The notes beneath the pieces are model-generated. The model made no database searches. It was not told where the DNA came from and was given only the letters and a program-made list of their open reading frames with translations. Made by a program: the position numbers and the translations under genes. 64,000 nucleotides of DNA from Desulfobacula sp. (GTDB taxonomy: Bacteria > Desulfobacterota > Desulfobacteria > Desulfobacterales > Desulfobacteraceae). The stretch lies in NCBI RefSeq assembly GCF_018645325.1, contig NZ_JABGOU010000019.1; one strand, given 5' to 3'. Shown here one piece after another: positions 8,459-18,552 of this stretch (its first letter is position 1; each line of letters begins with the position of its first letter).

Positions 8459-10852
8459 TTATGCCTTTTTGGGTTCAATTTTCTCTTCAAGGGCAATTTC
8501 AAGAACCTCCCTGATATCCTTAACACAGGTAAACTTTATTTTCTTCTTGATCACCTTTGGCATATCATATAAATCATTCTTATTTTTTTCCGGAATGATT
8601 ATGTGATCAATCCCGGCCCTTAAAGCACCAAGGGCTTTTTCTTTAAGTCCGCCAATAGGCAAAACTCTTCCCCTCAGAGAAATTTCGCCAGTCATGCCGA
8701 CTTTATTGTTTACTTTACGTCCTGTAAATGCGGAAATCAATGCAGTAGCCATGGCTATTCCGGCTGAAGGGCCGTCTTTTGGAATTGCCCCTGCCGGCAC
8801 GTGAATATGTATATCGTTACTATCAATATCTTCTTTACTTATATCAAATTTATCTGCATTGGCTTTTGTATATGTAAGTGCTGCCCTGGCAGACTCCTGC
8901 ATAACTTCACCAATCTGTCCTGTGACAAGCAATTCTCCTTTCCCCTGATAAAGAGACACTTCAATATAAAGCTGCTCCCCGCCGACTTCAGTCCAGGCAA
9001 GCCCGGTTGCAAGACCCACCTGGCTTTCTTCCTGGTCAAGCTCAGAAAGATATTTTGGCGGTCCCAGATATTTTGTGAGATTTTGCTTGGTTATTGAGAA
9101 CTTACCTTTTTTTCCCTCTGCAATCTTTCTTGCAATTTTTCTACAAATCGCGTCCAGGTTTCTTTCAAGACCCCTTAAGCCCGCTTCCAATGTATAGTCT
9201 GCAATAATTGACTCCATGGCGCCCGAACTTATATGGATTGATCTTCGAATAAGGCCATTATCCTTTAATTTTCTTGGAAACAGATGTCTTTGTGCAATCA
9301 CCTTTTTTTCCTGGCGCGTATATCCTGAGATTCTTATCACCTCCATCCTGTCCAGCAAGGCTGAGGGAATCGTATCTGACATATTGGCTGTTAAAATAAA
9401 CAGCACCTTGGAAAGGTCAAAGGGCATATTCAGATAATGATCTGAAAATTCAAAGTTCTGTTCAGGATCAAGTGCCTCTAAGAGGGCAGAAGAAGGATCT
9501 CCCCTGAAATCATTTCCCAGCTTGTCTATTTCATCTAACATAAATACGGGGTTATTTGTCTTACATTGTCTTAATCCCTGTAAAATTCTTCCCGGCATGG
9601 AACCGATATAGGTTCTTCGATGCCCTCTGATTTCAGCCTCATCCCTGATTCCACCCAAAGACACCCGATGAAATTTTCGTTTCATAGCTTTGGCTATGGC
9701 TTGTCCAAGAGATGTTTTGCCAACACCCGGAGGACCGACAAAACAAATAATCTGGCCCTTTTTTTTAGGGTTTAATTTTCTGACACTCAAATATTCAAGA
9801 ATTCTTTCTTTGACCTTATCCAGACCAAAATGGTTTGTATCCAAAACTTCTTCTGATTTTTTAATATCAAGAAAATCTTTTGTTGATTTGCTCCATGGCA
9901 ATTCAACTATACAGTCAAGATAGGTTCTGACAACCGAAGCTTCAGAGGAGTCAGAATGCATCTGTTCAAGACGTTTAAGCTGTTTTTTAGTCTCTTTTTC
10001 ACAGTCCAGGGGCATTTTGCATTTTTTTATCTTTGCTTTGAATTCTTTTATTTCAGCAAGCTTTTCATCACTCTCTCCAAGCTCCCTGTGAATTGCCTTA
10101 ACCTGTTCTCTAAGATAATAATCTCTTTGATTTCTGGAAATCTCATCCTTGACATCTATTTGAATTTTGGCTTGAACAGTTGAAAGATCCAGCTCTCTTG
10201 CCAAAAGGTCATTCACCTTTTTCAAGCGTTCGGTTCCATCCATAATTTCAAGTAAAATCTGCGCATCCTCAACCTTTAAATTTATATTAGAAGCAACCAG
10301 GTCGGCAAGTTTACCCGGAGATTCAATATGAGACAGCAAATCGCCTACATCCCCTGAAAGCTCCCCTTTGAGAGCCAGTAATTTTTCACTGGCCTCTTTA
10401 ACATTCCGCATCAAAGCTTCCTCTTCGATATTGAGTTCCAGGGGATCTGCATCCTTTAAAATTTCAATATCAACTTTGAAAAAAGGTTTCTTTTTAACAC
10501 ACTCCAATACTTTTGCCTTGGCTAATCCTTGAACCAGAGCCTTAATTCTGCCATCGGGCAACTTGATCATTTTTTGAATTCTACCAATAGTACCGACTGA
10601 ATAAAGATCCTCCAATCCTGGATTCTCCAGTTCAGAATCTTTCTGAGCTGCAAGGAAAATGTAACGGTCATATTCAACACACTCCTCAACTGCCCTAATG
10701 GATTTTTTACGGCCGACAAACAACGGCAAGAGCATATCGGTAAACACAACTATGTCTCTTACCGGCATCATGGGAAGACTTTTGGGAATTTTTTCTAAAT
10801 TGCTTTCTTTTTCAATGATTTCAATCAGATCATCAATATCTGCTTCAGCCAT
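8459..10852 (-). CDS. lon: ATP-dependent protease La
   Basis: Walker A GPPGVGKT, RRTYIGSMPG, LDEIDK, HVPAGAIPKDGPSAG (catalytic Ser), IGGLKEK; 797 aa. Confidence 0.98.
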   Translation of the reverse strand: MAEADIDDLIEIIEKESNLEKIPKSLPMMPVRDIVVFTDMLLPLFVGRKKSIRAVEECVEYDRYIFLAAQKDSELENPGLEDLYSVGTIGRIQKMIKLPDGRIKALVQGLAKAKVLECVKKKPFFKVDIEILKDADPLELNIEEEALMRNVKEASEKLLALKGELSGDVGDLLSHIESPGKLADLVASNINLKVEDAQILLEIMDGTERLKKVNDLLARELDLSTVQAKIQIDVKDEISRNQRDYYLREQVKAIHRELGESDEKLAEIKEFKAKIKKCKMPLDCEKETKKQLKRLEQMHSDSSEASVVRTYLDCIVELPWSKSTKDFLDIKKSEEVLDTNHFGLDKVKERILEYLSVRKLNPKKKGQIICFVGPPGVGKTSLGQAIAKAMKRKFHRVSLGGIRDEAEIRGHRRTYIGSMPGRILQGLRQCKTNNPVFMLDEIDKLGNDFRGDPSSALLEALDPEQNFEFSDHYLNMPFDLSKVLFILTANMSDTIPSALLDRMEVIRISGYTRQEKKVIAQRHLFPRKLKDNGLIRRSIHISSGAMESIIADYTLEAGLRGLERNLDAICRKIARKIAEGKKGKFSITKQNLTKYLGPPKYLSELDQEESQVGLATGLAWTEVGGEQLYIEVSLYQGKGELLVTGQIGEVMQESARAALTYTKANADKFDISKEDIDSNDIHIHVPAGAIPKDGPSAGIAMATALISAFTGRKVNNKVGMTGEISLRGRVLPIGGLKEKALGALRAGIDHIIIPEKNKNDLYDMPKVIKKKIKFTCVKDIREVLEIALEEKIEPKKA

Positions 10853-10865
10853 TTTAACTCCTTTA

Positions 10866-11003
10866 TTTATAAAGTGGAGTCAGGCTTGCGTTTATAAAGT
10901 GGGGTCAGGCTTGCGTAGTTGCGCTTATTGAATGATAAGCACAACTACGCAAGCCTGACCCCATATATTTTACGCAACAACGCAAGCCTGACCCCATATA
11001 TTT
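10866..11003. repeat. REP-like palindrome cluster, family C (GGGGTCAGGCTTGCG / CGCAAGCCTGACCCC)
   Basis: Two tandem 25-bp left arms (10866-10890, 10891-10915), central hairpin (10916-10947), two right arms (10948-10970, 10981-11003). Confidence 0.9.
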
Positions 11004-11130
11004 GGCTCTCTAAGTTCTTTTTTATTTGCTCCTTTACAATAAAACATATTTTTTATTTTACAACATCCTTGGAAAAATATTTTTAAGGTATTATATAAAG
11101 AAAAATCACAAACTAAAGGGAAACAATAAA

Positions 11131-11922
11131 ATGATTATATTTGGCCACACTTCCTATTTTGCCGTATTTATTTTTATCATTGGCGCTTGCATTGGAAGCT
11201 TTTTAAATGTTTGTATTTACAGGATTCCTGAAAATAATTCCATTATTACTCCGGGTTCATTCTGTCCTGCCTGTAAAAAAGGTATTCCTTTTTACTGCAA
11301 TATTCCCGTTTTAAGCTATTTATTTTTAAAAGGCCGATGCAAGTTCTGCCATAAGCCTATTTCCATACGATACCCTATAATTGAGATTTTGGCCGGTATG
11401 TTTGCAGTGGTGCTGTTCTATAAATTCGGCATAGGGCAGGTCATGGTTTACTGGTTTATCTTCACAAGTGTTTTGATCACCATTTCCTTTATTGATATAG
11501 ACCATCAGATTATTCCGGATGTAATATCGCTTCCCGGTATCCTGGTATTTGCATCTTCTTTTTATTTTTTACCTGAAATGACACTTAAAAATACCCTGCT
11601 GGGTATTGTTGCCGGCGGCGGCAGTTTATATGCCGTGGCTTTTTTATACTACCTGTTGAAAAAACAGGAAGGCATGGGCGGCGGGGACATAAAACTTCTG
11701 GCCATGATCGGGGCGGCAATTGGAATTAAAGGTGTTTTTTTTACTATTTTTGCAGGGTCATTATTTGGTACATTTTTCGGACTTTTAATCATGATTTATA
11801 CCAAAATAGCCGATTCAAAGTTAAAAATTCCTTTTGGACCATTCCTGTCCATGGGTGCGATTTTATATATTTTTTTTGGAGAACAATTAATCCTTTGGTA
11901 TTTAGGAATTTTAAGAACTTAA
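11131..11922 (+). CDS. pilD: Prepilin peptidase / N-methyltransferase
   Basis: GSFLNVCIYRIP, SFCPAC, NIPVLSYLFLKGRCKFC, IDIDHQIIPD, GMGGGDIKL, IPFGPFL. Start moved to ATG 11131 (aaagggaaa RBS-like upstream). Confidence 0.93.
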   Translation: MIIFGHTSYFAVFIFIIGACIGSFLNVCIYRIPENNSIITPGSFCPACKKGIPFYCNIPVLSYLFLKGRCKFCHKPISIRYPIIEILAGMFAVVLFYKFGIGQVMVYWFIFTSVLITISFIDIDHQIIPDVISLPGILVFASSFYFLPEMTLKNTLLGIVAGGGSLYAVAFLYYLLKKQEGMGGGDIKLLAMIGAAIGIKGVFFTIFAGSLFGTFFGLLIMIYTKIADSKLKIPFGPFLSMGAILYIFFGEQLILWYLGILRT

Positions 11923-12008
11923 AACCCCTTGCCACCATGATTTTTATCAATTTCATGTTTTTCTTTTTCATTCTTGCGAGAAATTTCAAAAAAAATGTGA
12001 ATAAATAC

Positions 12009-12037
12009 TTGACACACACTTCTCAACGACGTAACGT
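12009..12037 (+). promoter_or_regulatory. Putative sigma70 promoter for the HU gene
   Basis: TTGACA-17 nt-TAACGT upstream of the HU RBS (aaaggag). Confidence 0.55.
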
Positions 12038-12131
12038 ACGCTAAATGCAGGTTTCAGTTAACTTTATTTTAGAAAATCATTTTAAGTATGGATTTTGAAA
12101 ATTTCTAAAACCTAAAAAAAGGAGTGTTAAG

Positions 12132-12401
12132 ATGAACAAAGGTGATTTAATCAACAAGGTTTCAGAAGTGCTCAGCAGTAAAAAAGAAGCCCAGGCTGCA
12201 GTTGATCAAACAATCAAAGCAATCACAGAAGCACTTTCCGGTAATGACTCAGTTACACTGGTTGGCTTTGGAACATTTAAAACAGCCAATAGAAAAGCCA
12301 GAAAGGGAAGAAATCCCCAGACAGGCAAAGAAATTAACATCCCTGCCAGAAACGTTCCCAAATTTGTCCCTGGAAAAGCATTAAAAGACGCAGTAAAATA
12401 A
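12132..12401 (+). CDS. hup: DNA-binding protein HU
   Basis: [48 protein letters not shown]. Confidence 0.96.
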   Translation: MNKGDLINKVSEVLSSKKEAQAAVDQTIKAITEALSGNDSVTLVGFGTFKTANRKARKGRNPQTGKEINIPARNVPKFVPGKALKDAVK

Positions 12402-12416
12402 GCTATTCAAAACTCA

Positions 12417-12452
12417 TTCAGGCAGTATTTACTCATCAAGATACTGCCTGAA
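12417..12452. terminator. Hairpin between convergent hup and sbcB, likely terminator
   Basis: ttcaggcagtat / atactgcctgaa 12-bp perfect stem. Confidence 0.7.
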
Positions 12453-12485
12453 TATTTTATTACCCTGAATATTTTATTATACGGA

Positions 12486-13931
12486 TTACAGGGCTTCAAT
12501 ATATTTTTTTAACCACCCGAGCATACTTTTTGTTTCCTGATCAGGATTTAAAAGAGATTGTCTTGTTGTTTCCAAATCGTCCAATCCTTGTCTGCGATTA
12601 AATTTTATGTCATTTCTGTATCCGATTATATGATCTTTTTCCATGGAAGATTTAAGTCTGTTTACGTGTTGACGATATTCTGTCTGGTCAGTATGTCCTG
12701 AAATATTATTGCAATTTCGTGCCAGAATACGATTTGCCAGAATTTTAATCCTTTGGCTTTTTATTTTATTTATGGTTTTCGTTTTATCAGGATTTAAATT
12801 CGTCAATATCAAATTTGAAAAAGTTTGATGAAACAAATTAATTTCTTGTTTCTCCTTAAAAGAAAAAAACCCATCCTGATAAAGGGCTGCATCAGGGTCC
12901 ATATCAGGAATAAAAGGATATTTGTAATTCAGATGATATTGAATAAATTTGAAAAATTTTTCCTTGTGGGAGCCAATTTTCATTATATTTTCCCTGACCG
13001 TCTGCCTGGATTCTTCCGACAGTTTATCTAAAAATCTTTCAAGAGCCGGTAACACGATCAAGGCATCTGCGGCCTTTTTTCGCAGAACAAAGGTCTCCTT
13101 TATATCCAGACCTGCATTTATCCCTAAAATATCATCTGAATCAAGCCTCAGCCAGAGACTTTGATTTTTATATGCCAAAGATGATCCAAGGTGAATAACC
13201 TGCGCCATATAATTACTTTTTGAGCCGAAAGATGCCGACATCATGATGCAATGCCTGAATGGAGTATTTTGAATATTCAGTGTTTTATTAATATTATTTA
13301 TTCTGATCTCATCCCGTGTTTTATTAAAAAAATCCAGAGAATAATTCCAGATATCTTTTTGAAAAAACATTTTTTTACTCAATTCAATCACAGCTTCAAC
13401 ATCGTTCAGAGCCTCGTGGGCCCTGCCAGTTGTTACAAAGTTATTTTCCCGGCTTATTAAATCAAGTTTCAAACTTGGTTTCCCATCAATATGAGGCCAG
13501 TTTAAACTATCTTTTTGAAATATCCTGAAAAGAACGGTGATGGGCAGAATATCCATTCTGGAACAACCATTGGCATATTGATGGGTATATGGGTCCAAAA
13601 GATTACGATAAAACAAGAACCTTAAAAAATCATCGTCAAATCCCAGTGAATTATATCCCAGGCTTATGGTATCGGGTGTATTTAATATTTTATGTATTTT
13701 AAGTGCAGCTTCATACTCATTGATTCCGCAAGATAATTCATCAAAGGTTAAGCCGTGAGTTAAAAAAGCCTGTGGTGAAGGAACAATATCCTTTCGGAGG
13801 CGAATGGTGATGGTCTGCCTTTTGATCTCATTGAGACCCGGGTCGGTCCGTATGCATGCAAAGGTTAAAATCTGATCAAAAGCAGGATTTAATCCGCTGG
13901 TTTCAACATCATAAAACAAAAATGTCTTCAT
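12486..13931 (-). CDS. sbcB: Exodeoxyribonuclease I (DEDDh)
   Basis: Exo I FYDVETSG, Exo II GYNSLGFDD, Exo III AHEALNDV; FLRFLFYRNLLDPY; 481 aa. Confidence 0.85.
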   Translation of the reverse strand: MKTFLFYDVETSGLNPAFDQILTFACIRTDPGLNEIKRQTITIRLRKDIVPSPQAFLTHGLTFDELSCGINEYEAALKIHKILNTPDTISLGYNSLGFDDDFLRFLFYRNLLDPYTHQYANGCSRMDILPITVLFRIFQKDSLNWPHIDGKPSLKLDLISRENNFVTTGRAHEALNDVEAVIELSKKMFFQKDIWNYSLDFFNKTRDEIRINNINKTLNIQNTPFRHCIMMSASFGSKSNYMAQVIHLGSSLAYKNQSLWLRLDSDDILGINAGLDIKETFVLRKKAADALIVLPALERFLDKLSEESRQTVRENIMKIGSHKEKFFKFIQYHLNYKYPFIPDMDPDAALYQDGFFSFKEKQEINLFHQTFSNLILTNLNPDKTKTINKIKSQRIKILANRILARNCNNISGHTDQTEYRQHVNRLKSSMEKDHIIGYRNDIKFNRRQGLDDLETTRQSLLNPDQETKSMLGWLKKYIEAL

Positions 13932-13947
13932 TTTTTATTCCCATCAC

Positions 13948-13977
13948 AAAAAGGGGCTAAAGAATTCTCTTTGCCCC
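13948..13977 (-). terminator. Rho-independent terminator downstream of rpsI
   Basis: ggggc..aaaga/tcttt..gcccc stem followed by a T-run on the minus strand. Confidence 0.65.
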
Positions 13978-14029
13978 CCATGGTATATAAATTTGATATA
14001 ATAAATAATTTTTGAAATATATATAAAAA

Positions 14030-14425
14030 CTATCTTTTTGAAAACTGAAAGCTTGCTCTTGCGCCTTTTTTCCCGTATTTTTTTCGTTCTTTTGTTCTTG
14101 AATCCCTTGTCAGAAATCCTGCACTTTTTAAAACGCCTCGAAGGTCAGGATCTAAAAGGACAAGCGCTTTGGACACACCAAGACGAATAGCACCAGCCTG
14201 GCCGGATTTACCACCGCCCATTACTCTCACTTTAATATCAAAGTCATTGCTTTTTTCAGTGAGGACCAAAGGAGATGAAAGCAAATCCCTTGTTACATTC
14301 AATTCAAAGTATTCATCCAGATCTCTATTATTGACCACAATCTTACCATTGCCGGGTATTAACCATACTTTGGCTACAGAATCTTTTCTCTTACCCGTCG
14401 CATAAAACACGTTTCCACTTTCCAT
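14030..14425 (-). CDS. rpsI: 30S ribosomal protein S9
   Basis: [34 protein letters not shown]...RASFQFSKR. Confidence 0.98.
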   Translation of the reverse strand: MESGNVFYATGKRKDSVAKVWLIPGNGKIVVNNRDLDEYFELNVTRDLLSSPLVLTEKSNDFDIKVRVMGGGKSGQAGAIRLGVSKALVLLDPDLRGVLKSAGFLTRDSRTKERKKYGKKGARASFQFSKR

Positions 14426-14450
14426 TGATAATTATCGCGTCCTTTTTTAC

Positions 14451-14894
14451 TTAAATTTCAACAGGCTCTGGTTTTTGAGCAACATGGGGATGCTGATCAC
14501 CTGAGTATACAAATAATTTTTTGCCAAGTTTTCGACCCAGTCGATTTTTCGGGAGCATCCCTATAATCGCCTTTTTAACAACCTCATTAGGTTTTTTCTC
14601 TAACAATTCTTTTGCTGTATCAGATTTAAGACTGCCTATATATCCTGAATGGCGGTAATATCTTTTCTGATCCAATTTATTCCCTGTCAGGCGAATTTTA
14701 TCTGCATTGATAATAATAACCCAGTCCCCAGTGTCTACATGGGGTGTAAAAAGCGGGTTATGTTTCCCCCGGATTCTGTATGCTACCTGGGAAGCCAGCC
14801 TGCCAAGAATTTTATCCTTTGCATCAATAACACACCAATTTTCTTTATTATCTGATCTTTTTGCACTATATGTATATTTTTTCAATTTTTTCAA
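14451..14894 (-). CDS. rplM: 50S ribosomal protein L13
   Basis: [47 protein letters not shown]. Confidence 0.98.
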   Translation of the reverse strand: MKKLKKYTYSAKRSDNKENWCVIDAKDKILGRLASQVAYRIRGKHNPLFTPHVDTGDWVIIINADKIRLTGNKLDQKRYYRHSGYIGSLKSDTAKELLEKKPNEVVKKAIIGMLPKNRLGRKLGKKLFVYSGDQHPHVAQKPEPVEI

Positions 14895-14923
14895 TGCTCC
14901 TAATTCATAAACACAATCTGCGA

Positions 14924-14952
14924 ACTTTACATAAATTTCATACCGATGTCAA
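14924..14952 (-). promoter_or_regulatory. Putative sigma70 promoter of rplM-rpsI
   Basis: Minus strand TTGACA-17 nt-TAAAGT. Confidence 0.65.
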
Positions 14953-14959
14953 GCAGAAT

Positions 14960-15361
14960 TTAGGCTTCCACTTCTTTTAATTTACCATGCCCAAAGACAG
15001 GCTGATCTTTTATTTCTGATAAACTGTTAGTTGTCTTGCAAGACACTTCGGCATTCAAAATTCCACCATTTTCAACAATCAGATCTTTACACCTCACTTT
15101 GCCTGCACAAATCCCTGTGGAAAGGACAATTAATTCTTTGGATGCAGTCAGATCCCCTTGAAAATTTCCCGCAATGGTAATGCTGGATACTTTTGTGTCA
15201 CTGGAGTTCACCCGTCCATCCTCGGCAATAATCACCACATCTCCTTTAATTGTCCCGATAACATGGCCCTTTATAATTAATTTGCCTGTGCTTGATACAG
15301 ACCCTTCAATTTGAAGTTCTCGATCAATTATTGAAAGGTTTTTATAATTTTTCTTCCCCAC
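14960..15361 (-). CDS. Bactofilin (polymer-forming cytoskeletal protein)
   Basis: SIIDRELQIEGSV...LIIKGHVIGTI...ITIAG...GKV..KDLIVENGGILNAEV beta-helix pattern; start set at GTG 15361 after aggag. Confidence 0.8.
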   Translation of the reverse strand: MGKKNYKNLSIIDRELQIEGSVSSTGKLIIKGHVIGTIKGDVVIIAEDGRVNSSDTKVSSITIAGNFQGDLTASKELIVLSTGICAGKVRCKDLIVENGGILNAEVSCKTTNSLSEIKDQPVFGHGKLKEVEA

Positions 15362-15451
15362 TTCATTTCTCCTCGCTTGCCAGTTATTTATTGCCCGGCC
15401 TGAAGCCATCAAATTTCGAAATTATTTTTCCGGGGTTATATTTTATCCTGC

Positions 15452-16357
15452 TTATTCAACGGAATCAGTAATATTGATCAATTTCTCAAAAATCAAATCT
15501 TCCTGTTCATTAAAAACAAAAACAGATGCTCTTTTATAAAAATCAGAATATCCGGGATGCTTGACCCTGAATTTAACCGGTTTAAAATGGGCTATAGAAA
15601 AATATTGTCCTTTCCTATATTCAGAAGGGATACCATTTATTATGGCTGATTTTGGCACCACCAGCCATTGATCTTCATAATCATTATCAGGTTTTAATAC
15701 TGTAAATATTCTTCCGGAAACATCTCCGGCTTTCTTGGAAATATTTCGTATATCAAATCGAACCAGAATATCTCCTGTTTCACCATCCTTTACTACAGTG
15801 AATTTCTCAAGGTCAACGGTTTTTTCAATTATCCTTGGAGATTCAGTCTCAAACGGCGTGTCAGATAAATCATCCATTTTGTTTAAAGGGGTATTCATCT
15901 TTATTTTTTCATGATCTTCCTTTAAAGGATCATTTATCCGATCCTCTCCTTCAGGCACGGGAGAGGCAGGAAATTTTTCTTCAATGGTTGCAACAGGAAG
16001 GGCCTCTTCCTTTTCTTTTGCAATCACAGGATCTTTCCCTGACAAAACAAGCCTTGCCATTAATATTTCTTTTTCCCGGGTCAGCTCAAAGACCTTTTTT
16101 TCCGCTAAGGTAAGTCTTTCTTTAATAATGCGTGTTTCCCGGGATAACCCGGTATAAAAATGATAAAACAGTGAACCTGCTAAAATACAGACACAAGAAA
16201 TAATAGATAAAAGCTTAACAAAAAACTTTAAATATTCACCGGATTTCATCTCTCCAAAATCATCAACAATAATAATTCTTGCCCTGCGATTCTGCTTGTA
16301 GGGTTTTGGTCTGGATTGGCCTGTTTCTATTTGCTTCACTTTTGACCTATTGTCCAT
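15452..16357 (-). CDS. Hypothetical bitopic membrane protein with coiled coil
   Basis: 301-aa ORF; one TM (LLSIISCVCILAGSLFY), heptad stretch, acidic/Pro linker, C-terminal beta-rich domain; same strand between ruvB and bactofilin. Confidence 0.7.
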   Translation of the reverse strand: MDNRSKVKQIETGQSRPKPYKQNRRARIIIVDDFGEMKSGEYLKFFVKLLSIISCVCILAGSLFYHFYTGLSRETRIIKERLTLAEKKVFELTREKEILMARLVLSGKDPVIAKEKEEALPVATIEEKFPASPVPEGEDRINDPLKEDHEKIKMNTPLNKMDDLSDTPFETESPRIIEKTVDLEKFTVVKDGETGDILVRFDIRNISKKAGDVSGRIFTVLKPDNDYEDQWLVVPKSAIINGIPSEYRKGQYFSIAHFKPVKFRVKHPGYSDFYKRASVFVFNEQEDLIFEKLINITDSVE

Positions 16358-16379
16358 AATCCACCTTTAGTGTTTATAT

Positions 16380-17429
16380 TCACAATGAAGGTTTGATCTT
16401 AAAATGTAGATATGCTTTTTCCGAAGCTCTTCTGCCGCTTGAGGTTCGAAGTACCATTCCTATTTTTAATAAAAAAGGTTCCACAACATCCACAAGAGTG
16501 TCTGTTTCTTCCTGCAATGTTGCTGCTATGGCTTCAATCCCCACAGGCCCTCCCTTGTAAAAATCTATTATCGTTTTTAGATAATGCCTGTCAAGAGATG
16601 TCAACCCAAGCCCGTCAATCCCTTCAAGTTCAAGGGCAGCCTGCACACTTTGTCTTGTTACTCGCCCATGTGATTTTACCTGTGAATAATCCCTGACCCG
16701 CTTTAATAACCTGTTGGCGATCCTGGGCGTTCCCCTGGACCGCCTGGCAAGTTCATTAGCGCCGTTTTCAGAAATAATCGTATCCAAGATAGCTGCAGAC
16801 CGCTTAATAATAATAACCAATTGCTCCACCGAATAAAAATCAAGGGTGCGAAAAAGACCGAATCGATCCCTGAGAGGAGAGGACAAAAGACCTACCCTGG
16901 TGGTTGCACCTATAAGGACAAACTGCTTTAGCCGATATCGATGGCTCCTTGCATGAATCCCTTTATCAAATATAAAATCAACGGCGAAATCTTCCATGGC
17001 AGGATATAAAAACTCCTCAACAATCTTTGGGATTCGGTGAATTTCATCTATAAAAAAAATATCGCCTTCTCCTAGATTGGTTAATATACCGATGAGATCT
17101 CCCCCTTTTTCCAGGGCTGGTCCTGAAGTAACGACTAAATTTTTTTCCATTTCATTGGCAATGATATGAGAAATGGTCGTCTTGCCTAAACCAGGAGGGC
17201 CGTGCAGTAATATGTGGTCTAAGGATTCACTTCTCATTTTGGCCGCCTGTATGGCTATTTTAAGGGTTTCCACCGTATCATCCTGGCCAATATATTCTTT
17301 AAAACTATTGGGTCTTAAAGATACTATTTCAGCGGATAGATCATCTTTTGTATTTATTGATGTAACAATGCCTTTTTTATCTGAAAGATGGGTTTTATCA
17401 GAAGAATAGGAAATAATATCATCACTCAT
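16380..17429 (-). CDS. ruvB: Holliday junction branch migration ATPase RuvB
   Basis: [56 protein letters not shown]. Confidence 0.98.
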   Translation of the reverse strand: MSDDIISYSSDKTHLSDKKGIVTSINTKDDLSAEIVSLRPNSFKEYIGQDDTVETLKIAIQAAKMRSESLDHILLHGPPGLGKTTISHIIANEMEKNLVVTSGPALEKGGDLIGILTNLGEGDIFFIDEIHRIPKIVEEFLYPAMEDFAVDFIFDKGIHARSHRYRLKQFVLIGATTRVGLLSSPLRDRFGLFRTLDFYSVEQLVIIIKRSAAILDTIISENGANELARRSRGTPRIANRLLKRVRDYSQVKSHGRVTRQSVQAALELEGIDGLGLTSLDRHYLKTIIDFYKGGPVGIEAIAATLQEETDTLVDVVEPFLLKIGMVLRTSSGRRASEKAYLHFKIKPSL

Positions 17430-17432
17430 TAT

Positions 17433-18056
17433 TTATCTTTTCTCCTTAAAGATTTCATCAAAAAGATCTTCAGGAGTCAAAATGGCAGTGTTTCTTTCAT
17501 AGGCTTCTTTGATCATTCTTTTAGCAGAGGCAGAAGAATGGCCCAGCTGCTCGATTAAAACATCTGCAACTTGTTGATTTATTGTATTCATCTCAACAGG
17601 AAATTTTTCCTTGTCCATGATATTTGTATGATCTGTCAAGGCAATAAAACTTTCCATTTTTCCATGGAGGGTGGCAATAATTTTTTCCGCTGTTCTTTTA
17701 CCGATCCCGTTTAAGCCTGTTAAAAATTTAACATCCTTTTTTTCAATGGCATTTGCTATCTCACCCACAGACCTTGACATGGCTTTCACAGCTTTCATGG
17801 GCCCTATGGCAGCAACTGTAATAAAGGTTTGAAAAAACGCTTTGTCTCCAATTGTCTCAAAACCAATAAGAACAGGTTTTGGCTGTCTTTCAGTCAAGTG
17901 ATAATAAATATATAAGGACACTTCACTTGTCTCAGCAGACCTCAGTTTTTCAATCATTTGCGGGGTCAATACAATTTCATATCCAATATCACCTGTCAGC
18001 AGTAAAATGCCATCAGACTCAAAATGAAGAATAATGCCTTTAAGAAATCCGATCAT
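17433..18056 (-). CDS. ruvA: Holliday junction branch migration protein RuvA
   Basis: MIGFLKG, IGYEI, HhH motifs IGPMKA and GIGKRTAEKII; between ruvC and ruvB. Confidence 0.92.
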   Translation of the reverse strand: MIGFLKGIILHFESDGILLLTGDIGYEIVLTPQMIEKLRSAETSEVSLYIYYHLTERQPKPVLIGFETIGDKAFFQTFITVAAIGPMKAVKAMSRSVGEIANAIEKKDVKFLTGLNGIGKRTAEKIIATLHGKMESFIALTDHTNIMDKEKFPVEMNTINQQVADVLIEQLGHSSASAKRMIKEAYERNTAILTPEDLFDEIFKEKR

Positions 18057-18544
18057 AGTCTTCTTTTATACCTGAAATATCCAGTTATGGCCAGCCCCAG
18101 GGCATCTGACGCATGGAAAGGCCGGATAGGTTCCTTGTGCTTTAATAAGTTCCTAACAGCCCTTTCCATTTGAAATTTATCAGCACTTCCATTGCCGGAA
18201 ATAATTTTTTTTACTTCCCTTACGGGAATTTCTTCTACATCCAGCCCTGCTTTGTATGCTGCCAAGAGTAGAACACCTGAAACTTTGCCAAGAATAATAC
18301 CGGATCTAGGATATTTTTCAAGGGAGAATATATCTTCAATAACCACGTATTCCGGTTGAATCTTGCAAAGCAATTCCAGTGTTTTGGAATAAATCCTGTT
18401 AAGCCTGAAAGGGATCGGATCTTTTACATCCGTTGAGATGCTGCCAAATGAATACCCGCATATCTCTTTTGAATTCCCCTCTATTACTCCAATGCCCGTA
18501 CCTGCTAATCCAGGATCAATACCGACAATTTTTATCCCAGACAT
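18053..18544 (-). CDS. ruvC: Crossover junction endodeoxyribonuclease RuvC
   Basis: IVGIDPG, VVIED, GNGSADK.QM, SDALGLA. Confidence 0.93.
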   Translation of the reverse strand: MSGIKIVGIDPGLAGTGIGVIEGNSKEICGYSFGSISTDVKDPIPFRLNRIYSKTLELLCKIQPEYVVIEDIFSLEKYPRSGIILGKVSGVLLLAAYKAGLDVEEIPVREVKKIISGNGSADKFQMERAVRNLLKHKEPIRPFHASDALGLAITGYFRYKRRL

Positions 18545-18552
18545 TAATTACT

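Noticed and set aside
10866-11003. Short direct repeats as a possible CRISPR array
   Set aside because: There are no unique spacers of regular length, the repeats switch orientation to form a palindrome, and no cas genes are present.
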